Source of the DNA: Planctomycetota bacterium
Lineage (GTDB): Bacteria; Planctomycetota; SZUA-567; H5-PLA8
Assembly (NCBI GenBank): GCA_038227875.1
Contig: JBBRPR010000041.1
Span: forward strand, 1 to 64,000
Direction: 5' to 3'
Length of the DNA: 64,000 bases
The position numbers and the translations under genes are program-made. Position 1 is the first letter of the stretch. The number at the start of each line of letters is the position of its first letter. Shown piece after piece: positions 1-9,451 of this stretch. The notes under the pieces were generated by a model, which worked only from the letters and a program-made list of their open reading frames with translations, searched no databases and was not told the DNA's origin.

Positions 1-72
1 AAACGTGTCTCCCGCTGCCTGCGGCCCCATCCTGCCAACCTCTTCCACTATCTCGTCACTTTCCATTTTCAT
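1..72 (-). CDS. N-terminus of a CDS running off the left window edge (MKMESDEIVEEVGRMGPQAAGDTF...)
   Basis: In-frame ATGs at 66/72/81 with AAGAAAGG upstream; open to position 1; AT-rich promoter-like region at 120-300. Confidence 0.3.
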   Translation of the reverse strand, partial: MKMESDEIVEEVGRMGPQAAGDTF

Positions 73-346
73 CGCTCCCATACCTTTCTTCATCGGCACG
101 GGACGCTCTTCAATTTTCAACAATCAGTGGGACGCTTCCGAATACGCGTCAATTAGTATAATTGCCATTACTGCATAGCTTAGTGTGCTTAATCTTCGAG
201 GGCGCATCAATACCTCGGAAAATCATCACTGCCAAATTGCGAAAATAAAACTAAAATTAATTGATATCATTTCCAACGACCATTTTCACTAAAGAGCTCT
301 CAATTTGTCATGCGCTCACTGGCGAATTTCTGAGGATCCACCGGTT

Positions 347-664
347 TCATGATGCCGGCTGACCCATGAGTTTGGTGACAATGGCTGTTATTCTGTTTGT
401 AGCTAGAATAGCGTCTTTCGGTAGTTTTCCCATGACTTGTTCGACAGTTCCCTCTCTTTCGTGCAGGAAAAGCGGCAAGTGCCAAATCCCTGCAACAAGT
501 CGCCTATCGAGGGTCGCTGAATTCCCTAGATCCAGCGTTTCGAGTAGTTGAATGGCGCGCGCACATGCTATCGGATCGAAAAATCCATCACCAAATTGGC
601 CAAAGAACCCTTCATTAATATCCCATTCTCTATTTATCGCTTCCAGCATCTCCTCAGTATCCAT
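347..664 (-). CDS. Small hypothetical protein, possibly an orphan immunity-type protein
   Basis: 105-aa ORF in a lower-GC stretch; motifs WD..EGFFG..GFFD and LDRRLVAGIWHLPLFL. Confidence 0.55.
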   Translation of the reverse strand: MDTEEMLEAINREWDINEGFFGQFGDGFFDPIACARAIQLLETLDLGNSATLDRRLVAGIWHLPLFLHEREGTVEQVMGKLPKDAILATNRITAIVTKLMGQPAS

Positions 665-705
665 AGAGCAGCGCCTCACGGTTCAGTTTGGACTAAGTCC
701 TATTC

Positions 706-3700
706 TCACCGGTGCTCGAACGTCAGCTTCCCCGGTGCGAGGTCTTTCAAGGCGCTGGAGTTCAGCCAGGCTTTGGCGATCGCGTCGTTTTTCAAATAGG
801 CGTCCCAAAAAGCGAGGCTCGTCATGCGGACGTCGTCGCGCTGGTCGGCGACTTCAGGGCCTAAGATCAGGTCAAGCCACTTGGGCTGCGCGGCGTTGGC
901 ACTGCCGGCGATGCCGCCCAGGCCGTGCTTGGCACCTTCGAGAACCAATTGGTATTTGTCGCCGGGGAGGCAGAGATCATACGGGTCTTTGCGCCAGCCG
1001 GCGGCCTGCTTCTTGAAACCTTTGTCCTGCGTGCCGGTGACCAGCAGCATCGGCTTGCTGAAATGGTTCCATGAACTGTCGTAGAGTCCGCCTTCGCCGC
1101 GGCCCTGCGGCGAGAGCAGCAGCACGGCGTCGATGCGTTTGTCTTCGAAGGTCTCCTTGCGTTCGTCGCGCGAGAAACGGAGCGCGGCGCCGCCGAGCAC
1201 CTGCGCGGTGTACGCGCCCAGCGAATGACCGCCGACGCCGATCTGTTTGCCGTTGATGCGGTTTTTCAGCGCCGGAACTTTGGATTCCAGCCAGCCGAAG
1301 GAATCGAGCGCGAGGACGACGTCCTGGAAGCGGTTCTCGAGCGCTTTCTGATCGGCGTACGGATCGAAATTCTCGGCCAGCTCCTTCAATTCCTTTTTGC
1401 CGCTGAGCGCCAGAGAGTCTTCGTGGGTCGGATGCATCACGATGTAGCCGTGGCTGGCCCAGTAGTGGCCGAGGACTTCGTAGTTGTCGCCAGAACCCAG
1501 CCAGCCGTGCGAAAAGACGATGACGGGAAAGGTGGCCGTGTCGGCGGCGGCGACGACGGGGTAGTACACCTTCAGCGGCAGATCCTTGCTGCGGTGGTAG
1601 TCGTGGACCGACCCGGCGACGGATTCGACCTTGTACGGCCCGTCGAACAATTTGTACGGACCCTGCGAGGCGCTCTGGGGCGGATTCGTTACGGCGGGCG
1701 ACTGCGCGCCGTTGCCGTTGGCGGCGTCGAAGGCTTTCAGTTTCTCGGCGCTGTCTGCGGCGGTTTTCTGCGCGGCTTGCGCGTCCTCTTTGGAGGCGGC
1801 GGCGAGCGCTTCGGCTTTCAAGCGGTCGTCGCGGCGGTTGTTCCACGTCTGCTGGGCGCTCTGCCATTCCAGGCGGATTTTCTCGCGTTCCGTGTCGCGG
1901 CGGCGGGCGGTGTTGGCGGCCTCACGCATGGCTTCCTTGGCGCTCATGACGGCTCTTTCCGCGGCGGCCATGGCGACCAGACCGTGGCCGCGGGTGTTGG
2001 CTTTATCGTTTTCTTTGGCCTGAAGTTCCTCGTTGCGTTTATCCAGTTGCGCCTTGGCTTCGTCGGCGAGTTCCTTGGCTGACGTGTAGGCGGTACTGAG
2101 GCGGTCGCGTTCGGTCTTCGCCGTTTTTTCGGCTTCGGTGGCGGCGCGGAGGCGCTCCATGTCGTCGGCGACTTTTTTGTTTTCGGCCGTCGCGGTCTGC
2201 GCGTCGGCGACGGCCTTTTCCTGGAGCATCTTGCGCGTCGCTTCCATTTCGGCGGTGTGCTTGATGCCCGCGTCGCGTTCGGCCTGGCGCTTTTTGGTGT
2301 CGTCGGCGTCGCGGGCTTCCTTGGCAATCAGGTCGGCGAGGAGCTTGGGATCGGGCGTCGCCGTCGTGGACGTTGAAGTCGCCGACGTTGCAGTGCCGGC
2401 AGAAGTGCTCGTGGTCTGCGGCGCTTCGGCGGACTTGGCGTGGAACGCGTTGAAGCCAAACCAGCCCAGCGCGATGAGCAAGGGAATGCCGGCGAGCACG
2501 CCGATGAGCATCGGAATGCCGCTGCCGCGTTGGGGCGGCGCGGCGGAGGGGCTGACGTGAATGTTGTCGATCAGCGACGACGAGGGCGGCTTCGAGGGGT
2601 CAGCGCCTCCCACGGCGGCAGCTCCGTGAGTGCCCCCGGCGTTGATGAGCGTGGCTTCCAGCGCGGGGGAGGGCTTGGGGCCGCGCAGCACTTTGCTGGG
2701 GAGCGCCGAGCCAGCCAGCGCGTCGCGCGCATTCTGCAATGCGACCAGCATTTCCGCGGCGTCGGCGTAGCGCACGGCCGGATCCTTGGCGAGGCTGCGG
2801 TCGATGATTTCCTGCGTTGGGAGCGTGACGTCGGAGCGGTAATTGGTAAGCGGGATGTGCGGTTTCTGGATCGCGGCGAGGATCGTCGCCAGCGACGTGG
2901 TCTCCTGAAACGGCGGCGCGCCGCTGAGCAGTGCGTAGAGTGTCGCGCCCATGCTGAAGACGTCGGCGGGCTTTCCGGCGCTCTTGGCGTCGTTGGCCTG
3001 TTCGGGCGCCATGAAGCCCGGCGTCCCCATGGTGCTCTGCGCGCCGGTGAGCGACGAGTCACCGTCGTCGATGCGCGCCAAACCTAAATCCGCGACCTTG
3101 GCGTGGGTGAGCACCGGCGCGCCGGCTTTGTCCTTGGGGATGAGGATATTGTCGGGCTTGATGTCGCGGTGGATGACGCCGTTTTCATGCGCGCAGGCGA
3201 GGCCTTGCGTGGCGGCGATGCACAGATCCAGCGCGTCGGTTTCGGCCAGTCCGCGGGTCTGCTTGTTTTCTTTGCGGACTTTGCGGATCAGGCCGCCGGC
3301 GGAGACGCCGTCGACGTATTCCATCACCAGGTAGAAGAGGCCCTGTTCTTCGTTGACGTCGATGACGCTGACGAGATGGGGCGACTTGACGCGCGCGGCG
3401 ATCTGGCCTTCGCGGAAGAAACGCTGGACGAGCTGCGGCTGCTGGTTGGCGAGATGAAAGGGGAGCACTTTGACGGCGACTTCCATGCGCAGGCGCGGAT
3501 GGACGCCGAAGTAGACAGCGCCCATGCCGCCCTGGCCGAGTTTGGAGAGCAGGGCGATGCCGCCGAGCGCCGGGACGTCAGAGCCGGCGAAGGCGATGCG
3601 CGGAGCGGTGGTGAGGAGCGCGTCGCCGGAGAGATCTTCTCGCGTGGATTTGGAGAGCGACATCGCGGCCATGGTGTCTGCGGTGAGCGACGACGCGGGC

Positions 3701-3753
3701 GCGGCGGATTTGGGTGTGGGGGAAGGAGCGCTGGGCCGTTCGGTCTCGTCCAT
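706..3753 (-). CDS. Membrane Ser/Thr protein kinase fused to a C-terminal alpha/beta hydrolase
   Basis: LGQGGMGAVY, VAVK, HRDIKPDN, DLGLA, GTPGFMAPE; TM helix; Ala/Lys/Glu-rich coiled coil; FSHGWLG, GHSLG nucleophile elbow, GTQD, GAKH. Confidence 0.9.
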   Translation of the reverse strand: MDETERPSAPSPTPKSAAPASSLTADTMAAMSLSKSTREDLSGDALLTTAPRIAFAGSDVPALGGIALLSKLGQGGMGAVYFGVHPRLRMEVAVKVLPFHLANQQPQLVQRFFREGQIAARVKSPHLVSVIDVNEEQGLFYLVMEYVDGVSAGGLIRKVRKENKQTRGLAETDALDLCIAATQGLACAHENGVIHRDIKPDNILIPKDKAGAPVLTHAKVADLGLARIDDGDSSLTGAQSTMGTPGFMAPEQANDAKSAGKPADVFSMGATLYALLSGAPPFQETTSLATILAAIQKPHIPLTNYRSDVTLPTQEIIDRSLAKDPAVRYADAAEMLVALQNARDALAGSALPSKVLRGPKPSPALEATLINAGGTHGAAAVGGADPSKPPSSSLIDNIHVSPSAAPPQRGSGIPMLIGVLAGIPLLIALGWFGFNAFHAKSAEAPQTTSTSAGTATSATSTSTTATPDPKLLADLIAKEARDADDTKKRQAERDAGIKHTAEMEATRKMLQEKAVADAQTATAENKKVADDMERLRAATEAEKTAKTERDRLSTAYTSAKELADEAKAQLDKRNEELQAKENDKANTRGHGLVAMAAAERAVMSAKEAMREAANTARRRDTEREKIRLEWQSAQQTWNNRRDDRLKAEALAAASKEDAQAAQKTAADSAEKLKAFDAANGNGAQSPAVTNPPQSASQGPYKLFDGPYKVESVAGSVHDYHRSKDLPLKVYYPVVAAADTATFPVIVFSHGWLGSGDNYEVLGHYWASHGYIVMHPTHEDSLALSGKKELKELAENFDPYADQKALENRFQDVVLALDSFGWLESKVPALKNRINGKQIGVGGHSLGAYTAQVLGGAALRFSRDERKETFEDKRIDAVLLLSPQGRGEGGLYDSSWNHFSKPMLLVTGTQDKGFKKQAAGWRKDPYDLCLPGDKYQLVLEGAKHGLGGIAGSANAAQPKWLDLILGPEVADQRDDVRMTSLAFWDAYLKNDAIAKAWLNSSALKDLAPGKLTFEHR

Positions 3754-4077
3754 AACAACCATCAGCCTCACGTGCCGCGCGTGTGCATGCCCCGGATAAT
3801 GACGGTTGAAACGCGTTCCGTCATCAATTTCTACAACTTACGAGTCGGACTGCGACGAAAAGTTCCGACATTTCTATTCATGGTGCAATTGGGCGGCCAG
3901 TTTATTCCAGAGATGCTGGTTCCGCCAATTGTAAGTGCTGTTCAGGCGGGGAAACGTTTGAAAGAAGTGGGAGAATTGGTGATGGAAGTGCAAGAGTGTG
4001 CGGGGGTTGCGGATAATTACTACACGGACGACGCGGGATGGGGGAGAATCAGACGCGGTGCGAATTGGCGTGGAGGA

Positions 4078-4581
4078 TCAAGTGCCGCGTTGGACCTTTT
4101 CATACTCGCGCAAAAACCGCATTTGCTCGGCGCTTTCGATTGCTGCGGGCTGCGCGTTCCTGACCTGCTGAATCGCCGCCCGTGTCGTTGCTCCCTGATG
4201 AATTAATAACGCCGCCAGGATTGTGCCCGTGCGCCCGATGCCGCCTTCACAGTGAACGGCGCACGGTCGCGGATTGGCGCGATAGAATGCCGCGAACTGC
4301 TGGACTTGATTGGGGGTGGGTGGCTTGCCGTCCGCAATCGGGAGGTAGAGGTATTGAATTCCAAGGCTCGCGTAGACCTTCTCGTAGCGTGGCGAACCTT
4401 TCACCAGCGACACAACGGTTTGGATACCTTTTTCGCGTAGTAGTGGGAGGTCGTCTTCGAACGCTGTCAGCGGACTATCTGGTGCTTTGCGGCGTGCCCG
4501 GTCGATGAATGGCATCGGCATTCCGGCCAGTTCGTTCGGAAGCAACCACCAAATGTAGTTGCGGATCGAATGGCGGAACAT
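4078..4581 (-). CDS. Dual-specificity protein phosphatase
   Basis: CX5R motif HCEGGIGRTG; IADGKPP acid loop. Confidence 0.9.
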   Translation of the reverse strand: MFRHSIRNYIWWLLPNELAGMPMPFIDRARRKAPDSPLTAFEDDLPLLREKGIQTVVSLVKGSPRYEKVYASLGIQYLYLPIADGKPPTPNQVQQFAAFYRANPRPCAVHCEGGIGRTGTILAALLIHQGATTRAAIQQVRNAQPAAIESAEQMRFLREYEKVQRGT

Positions 4582-4599
4582 TGGAATCCCAAGTCAGTA

Positions 4600-5865
4600 C
4601 TATTTCTTCAGCCGGTACAGCATCTCGCCGGCTTTCTTGACGACCAGCACGCCTTCGTGCTCGCGGTTTTCGAAGTCGGCGATGTTGATGCTCTTGGGGT
4701 CGCGGTAGCCGAGGTTGATTTTCTTGCAGCGTTCCGGTGAGACGCCCGTCGCCAGCGTGACGGTCACGCGGGGTTTTTCGACGCCGTTCTCATAGGTGCC
4801 GGCGCCTTTGACGTGCGTGGAGTGGGCGAGCACGCCCCACGGATGGTGCTTGAATTTGTCCCACTGCTTGTCGAAGTAATCGCGGACGTGGTAGCCGACT
4901 TCATCGATCACGCGGCCGTGGGTGTAAGAGATCTCGTCGATGTGCGGCGCGTAGATGATGACTTCACCGCCATCGGCGATCACCGGCTCCATCTTGTACA
5001 TGCCCTTGCCGGCCGTCCAGACGTCGTCGTACTGCTTGGGCATGATGGAGAGGATCGTCTTGTAGGGCTTCTCGGAGTAGATGACGTGGAGCTGCGCCGA
5101 GAGATCCGCGGCGGCCGACCACGCGTCGGTCATCGGTCCGAAGTAGAGGCCGGAGAGGTCGTAGCCGTTCACGACGAAGGCGAGATTCAAGCGCGGCACG
5201 CTGATCAGCGAGGCGGCGCGGTCGATCACGGCGCGGATGGGCGTGTGCTTGGTGCCGATCACGTGGTAGTTGGTGATCAGCGCGCCGAGCCAGTGGGTCA
5301 GGTTGATCACTTCCGGGCCGGAGATGCCGGGGAAGAAATACTTGTTGCCGCCGGAGAAGCCTGCGACTTCGTGCGGGAAGACCGGGCCGCAGACGACGAC
5401 TTGATCGTAGTTGTAGATGAGCTTGTTGACGGTGACATCGACGCTCTGGTTGAGCTTACCGCCGCTGATCTGCGCGATCTCTTCGGCGGGGATGGTGCCG
5501 ATCGCCTTGAACGTGGACTTGTCGTTCCATTCATGATTGAAAATGCGCACGGATTTGAATTTTCCGGCGCGTTCTTCAGGCGTCACGCCGACGAGGGTGT
5601 TGATCGCGTCTTCGGACATGGGCATGTGCGTGCCTAGCGCGATGAGCAGGTCCAGGGCTTTGGCGGTGGGGCTTAAGAGATCGAAGATGGCGCGGAAGAG
5701 CATCGGGATCGGCGCGGTGCGCGTGCCGTCGGGGATGACGAAGAGCAGGCGCTTTCCGTGCAGCTCGTAATCGGTGAAGGCCTCCTGCAGCAGCGCACGG
5801 ATCTCCTGTTCGGAGAGGGTGCGGGTGGTGGAGCCTTGGCCGATCAGGGAGAGAGTTTTGGGCAT
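4600..5865 (-). CDS. Lactate racemase LarA-domain protein (probable sugar-acid 2-epimerase, GntE-like)
   Basis: PDGTRT, ALGTH, PHEVAGFSGGNK motifs; lies in a uxaE operon. Confidence 0.85.
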   Translation of the reverse strand: MPKTLSLIGQGSTTRTLSEQEIRALLQEAFTDYELHGKRLLFVIPDGTRTAPIPMLFRAIFDLLSPTAKALDLLIALGTHMPMSEDAINTLVGVTPEERAGKFKSVRIFNHEWNDKSTFKAIGTIPAEEIAQISGGKLNQSVDVTVNKLIYNYDQVVVCGPVFPHEVAGFSGGNKYFFPGISGPEVINLTHWLGALITNYHVIGTKHTPIRAVIDRAASLISVPRLNLAFVVNGYDLSGLYFGPMTDAWSAAADLSAQLHVIYSEKPYKTILSIMPKQYDDVWTAGKGMYKMEPVIADGGEVIIYAPHIDEISYTHGRVIDEVGYHVRDYFDKQWDKFKHHPWGVLAHSTHVKGAGTYENGVEKPRVTVTLATGVSPERCKKINLGYRDPKSINIADFENREHEGVLVVKKAGEMLYRLKK

Positions 5866-5875
5866 GGCTGTGACC

Positions 5876-6772
5876 TCATCGTTTCCAGGGCGGCAGTTCG
5901 GGCAGCAGGGCTTCGAATTCGGCGATCAGTTTCTTTTCGTAGTCGCCAGCGTAACGGCCGGATTTGAAGACGTCGAATGCTTCGCCGTAGAAGTGCTTCC
6001 ACGAGGCGTCTTCGTGGCCGGGCTTGATGGGGTAGAAGAGCGCGCCGATGGAGCGGGCGGCTTTCAAGTCGCCGGGGGCGTCGCCGACCATGAGAATGTG
6101 GTCGGAGGCGTACTTGCCTTTCGCGGCAAGCGTGAGGTGGCGTTCCTTCGTGCCCATTTCCTGGCCGGCGATGATCTTGACGAACGAGGCGATGTTGTTC
6201 TCGGACCATTCGCGTTTCAGCGCGGCGCCGGGGGTCGCGGAGACGACGAGGATGTCGGCGACGGCCTGGATTTTCTCGAGACTTTCGCGCACGAGCGGGA
6301 AGGGCGGGACGCCGTGGACGATATCTTCGACCGTCGCGTTGACGGCTTCGCTCCAGGCCAGCGCGGTGCGCAGTTCCGGAGAGCTGTTCGTCGCCATGTA
6401 TTTTTTCAGGCCGTCGTTGCTGAGCGCCTGGCCGGATTCGATGAACTTGCGGACTTCCGCCAGCTGCGGAACGTTGGCTTTGCGCTGGATGACTTCGGCG
6501 CGTTCGCGGGTGAGGTCCAGAGAGCGGATCATCGCCGGCCAGCGGTTGATGCCGCGCCACTTGGAGTAGAGATTGACGAATTCAAACGATTCGCGCGCGT
6601 ACTTCGAGACCGGCTGCAGTCCGAAATGCTTGATGAAATTCGGCGCGAAGCATTCCTTGTGCTTGATCTCCATCGAGTCGAAGGCGCAGCCGTCGGAATC
6701 AATGCCGACGAAGAACTGGTGCTCGGGTTTAAAATCGGCGAGGGGGCGTTCGATTTCGGAAACTTCAGGCAT
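5876..6772 (-). CDS. HAD-superfamily hydrolase
   Basis: GIDSDGC (motif I), VVSAT, MVGDAPGD (motif IV). Confidence 0.85.
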   Translation of the reverse strand: MPEVSEIERPLADFKPEHQFFVGIDSDGCAFDSMEIKHKECFAPNFIKHFGLQPVSKYARESFEFVNLYSKWRGINRWPAMIRSLDLTRERAEVIQRKANVPQLAEVRKFIESGQALSNDGLKKYMATNSSPELRTALAWSEAVNATVEDIVHGVPPFPLVRESLEKIQAVADILVVSATPGAALKREWSENNIASFVKIIAGQEMGTKERHLTLAAKGKYASDHILMVGDAPGDLKAARSIGALFYPIKPGHEDASWKHFYGEAFDVFKSGRYAGDYEKKLIAEFEALLPELPPWKR

Positions 6773-6845
6773 GAGGATGGCTCCTGGCTCTAAGCTCTTG
6801 GTGTTGTGATGGCAGAGCGCGCGGGTTTAAGCGTGCGCCTATTTC

Positions 6846-7664
6846 TTAGACTCCACTGAAGGCGCTGAAGCCGCCGTCCACGGGGACGACGATGCCGGTG
6901 ACGAAGGCGGACGCCGGCGAAAGCAGCCAGAGGACGGTGCCGGTCAGGTCTTCGGCGGCGCCGAAGCGGGCCTGAGGCGTGTGTTCGAGGATGCTCTTGC
7001 CGCGCGCGGTGGGCTGGCCGGTTTTTTCGTCGGTCAGCAGGAAGCGGTTTTGTTCGGTCAGGAAAAATCCTGGAGCCAGCGCGTTGACGCGCAGCTTCGG
7101 GGAGTATTCCTTCGCCAGATGCACGGCCAGCCAGCGCGTGAAGTTGTCGACGCCGGCTTTCGCGGCGGCGTAACCGATGATGCGCGTGAGCGGGCGCAGC
7201 GCGGCCATCGAGGAGATGTTCAAGATCGCGCCTTCACCGCGTTCGGCCATCGCCTGCCCGAAAACCTGGCAGGGGAGAATGGTGCCGACGAGATTCAGGT
7301 TGATCGCGCCTTCCAGCGCTTCCTGCGGCAGCGAGAAAAACGTGCGATCGGCGGAGGTCGTGGCGTCGGGACGGTTGCCGCCGGCGAAGTTCAGGAGGAA
7401 ATCGATGCGACCGAAGCGGTCCTTGATCGTCGTGCGCGCTTTTTCGAGCTCGGCGCGATTGAGGCAGTCGGCGACGACGGCGCAGCCTTCGGTGATTTTG
7501 TTGAGTTCCGCGACGACGGATTGCATCTGCGCTTCTTTGCGGCCGAGAATCGCCACGCGGCCGCCGGCCTGGGCGATGGCCAGACACGCGGCGCGACCGA
7601 GAACGCCGGAACCGCCGGTGACGACCGCCACGGTGCCGGTGAGATCGAACGGATTGGTTTTCAT
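6846..7664 (-). CDS. SDR oxidoreductase, D-mannonate oxidoreductase/fructuronate reductase (UxuB-like)
   Basis: TGGSGVLG, YAAAK, PLTRIIGY, NFTRWLAVH; overlaps the uxaE stop codon. Confidence 0.85.
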   Translation of the reverse strand: MKTNPFDLTGTVAVVTGGSGVLGRAACLAIAQAGGRVAILGRKEAQMQSVVAELNKITEGCAVVADCLNRAELEKARTTIKDRFGRIDFLLNFAGGNRPDATTSADRTFFSLPQEALEGAINLNLVGTILPCQVFGQAMAERGEGAILNISSMAALRPLTRIIGYAAAKAGVDNFTRWLAVHLAKEYSPKLRVNALAPGFFLTEQNRFLLTDEKTGQPTARGKSILEHTPQARFGAAEDLTGTVLWLLSPASAFVTGIVVPVDGGFSAFSGV

Positions 7665-9181
7665 TTAGGCATGCCTGCTTTCAGGCCACTGACGTGACGG
7701 CCGATGTGTTTTTCGAGGACTTCGACGTAGAGAGGAGCTTCCGCGTTCAACAGGGAGAGCAGGCGCGCGCGGAAGCGGGGCTTGCCGTCGGAACCGGCGA
7801 AGGTCAGCACCGATCCGAATGTGACATGGAGAATCTGGCGGCCGTCGTTTTCGTCGAGGTAGACGCGCTCCAGGTCGCCGTCCTTTAGCTCCGTCGCGGC
7901 GGGAACTTTGTTCAGCGCGGCGGAGATATGGTACGTGGCCTTGTCGGTGTCGAAGCGTTCGCGGCAGAAGCTGACGATTTCACGGAACATCGCCACGTCG
8001 CGGCGGACGACGACGCGCAAGGCTTCGAGGTAGCTGGTGCCGGCGGTTTTCAAGTGGAAGCGGCCTTCGGTGATGCGCGCCACGGCCGGGTAGATCGCGA
8101 ACTTGTCGCTGCCGGAATGGACACTGATCTTGTACGGGCCGTAGTGCTTGGCGATTTCGGCGTGGTCCTGCAGCGAGGCTTCGAAGGCTTTCAGATCGCC
8201 CTTGTAGTCGATGCCCTTTTCGAATTCACCGATAAAGCGCGGCGCGAGACTGATCAGGCGGACGCCGCGCTCTTTCAGTTCGTGCGCGATGAAGAAATGT
8301 TCGGCGATTGATGTCGGCAGCGCGGTTTCGTCGACGGAAAGTTCCAATTCGAACGTCGCGGTTTTGCTCGCGATGTACTTGCCGATGGTTTCGGTGTGCG
8401 CCACCGCGCGGCCGTATTTCGCGGCGGCGCGCAGCAGGGTTACGGCATCGAAGCGCACCGTCAGCTTGCCGACGGTGAACGAACGCTCGAGGTATTTCTT
8501 TTTCCATTCGGCGGCGCCCTTCACGCCATCGGCGATCATCTTTTCGATGCGCGCGGCGAGTTCGGCTTCGCTGGCGGAGTTGACGGTGTCGTCAACGTGC
8601 GCCGAGGGATCGATGGTGAAGAAGGTAAAGCCGGCGGCGACGGTGACATCGACGTCGTCGGTGGTCTTCAAGTGATCGGCGTCGCTGCCGAAGCCCGCGT
8701 CATAGCCGCTCTGGAAAATGCCGAAGGTCGCTTCGTCCATGACCTGCTGCGCGGTGCGCGCGGTGCGGGTCATTTCGCGGATCGACTGTTGCGGCAGGAC
8801 GAGGATGAACCCGCTGCCCTTGCCCGCGGCGATGTGGCCGGGCGTGGCCAGACCGAGTCGGTCGCCGAGTCCGACGCTGGGCGTCATGCCGGTGAGGATG
8901 GGGCGGAGGAAGGAGATCGACTTGCGCAGCGACGCCATGTTGGCGGCATTGGCGTCGGCAATCTTCACGGATTCCGGCGAGCCCGAGACCGTGATGATCT
9001 TACGCTGTTCGCCCTCGCGTGCGGCGGCGACTATGGCACCGTCCGTGGCGCAAATGCTTTCGCCGTAGACTTTAATCTGCGGCGCGAAGCTGCTGAGTTC
9101 GCGGGCGACGACGTCCCGATCCTGTGCCGCGAGGCGTTTGCCGTCGCCGGGTTTGCCGAAGAAACGAGCGAGTGATTGCAT
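7661..9181 (-). CDS. uxaE: Tagaturonate/fructuronate epimerase
   Basis: GLGDRLGLATPGH, QQSIREM.RT, DADHLKT, FEKGIDY, HSGSDKF, KTAGTSYLEA, RQILHVTFGSVL. Confidence 0.9.
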   Translation of the reverse strand: MQSLARFFGKPGDGKRLAAQDRDVVARELSSFAPQIKVYGESICATDGAIVAAAREGEQRKIITVSGSPESVKIADANAANMASLRKSISFLRPILTGMTPSVGLGDRLGLATPGHIAAGKGSGFILVLPQQSIREMTRTARTAQQVMDEATFGIFQSGYDAGFGSDADHLKTTDDVDVTVAAGFTFFTIDPSAHVDDTVNSASEAELAARIEKMIADGVKGAAEWKKKYLERSFTVGKLTVRFDAVTLLRAAAKYGRAVAHTETIGKYIASKTATFELELSVDETALPTSIAEHFFIAHELKERGVRLISLAPRFIGEFEKGIDYKGDLKAFEASLQDHAEIAKHYGPYKISVHSGSDKFAIYPAVARITEGRFHLKTAGTSYLEALRVVVRRDVAMFREIVSFCRERFDTDKATYHISAALNKVPAATELKDGDLERVYLDENDGRQILHVTFGSVLTFAGSDGKPRFRARLLSLLNAEAPLYVEVLEKHIGRHVSGLKAGMPK

Positions 9182-9266
9182 GCGTGGCCTCAAAGTTGAA
9201 TGTCTGACTTAATCCGACAGTGCGCCGATTCTATACACTCTCGGGAATCCTGCCAGAAAAACCCGT

Positions 9267-9408
9267 ATTGTGCCATGGATGCGCGAATTTCTAAGCGTAG
9301 CGAAGAAATTCGCTCATCCGTGCGTGCGGTATGGCGAGTGCGGTGCGTATCGCACGGATGAGCAGACACTTTCGCTCCGCTCAAGTATCTACACATCCAT
9401 GGCACAAT
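9267..9408. repeat. REP doublet (REPIN/MITE-like): two inverted ~55-bp hairpin units
   Basis: Terminal IR ATTGTGCCATGGATG...CATCCATGGCACAAT; each unit is GGATG-stem-AGCG(T/G)AGCGAA-stem-CATCCGTGC. Confidence 0.8.
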
Positions 9409-9451
9409 TCCTCATTGTCACCCGCATTCAAACTGGCACAATGGTACGCGT

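Noticed and set aside
3103..4206. 367-aa plus-strand ORF spanning the kinase start
   Set aside because: Overlaps two supported minus-strand genes; no motifs.
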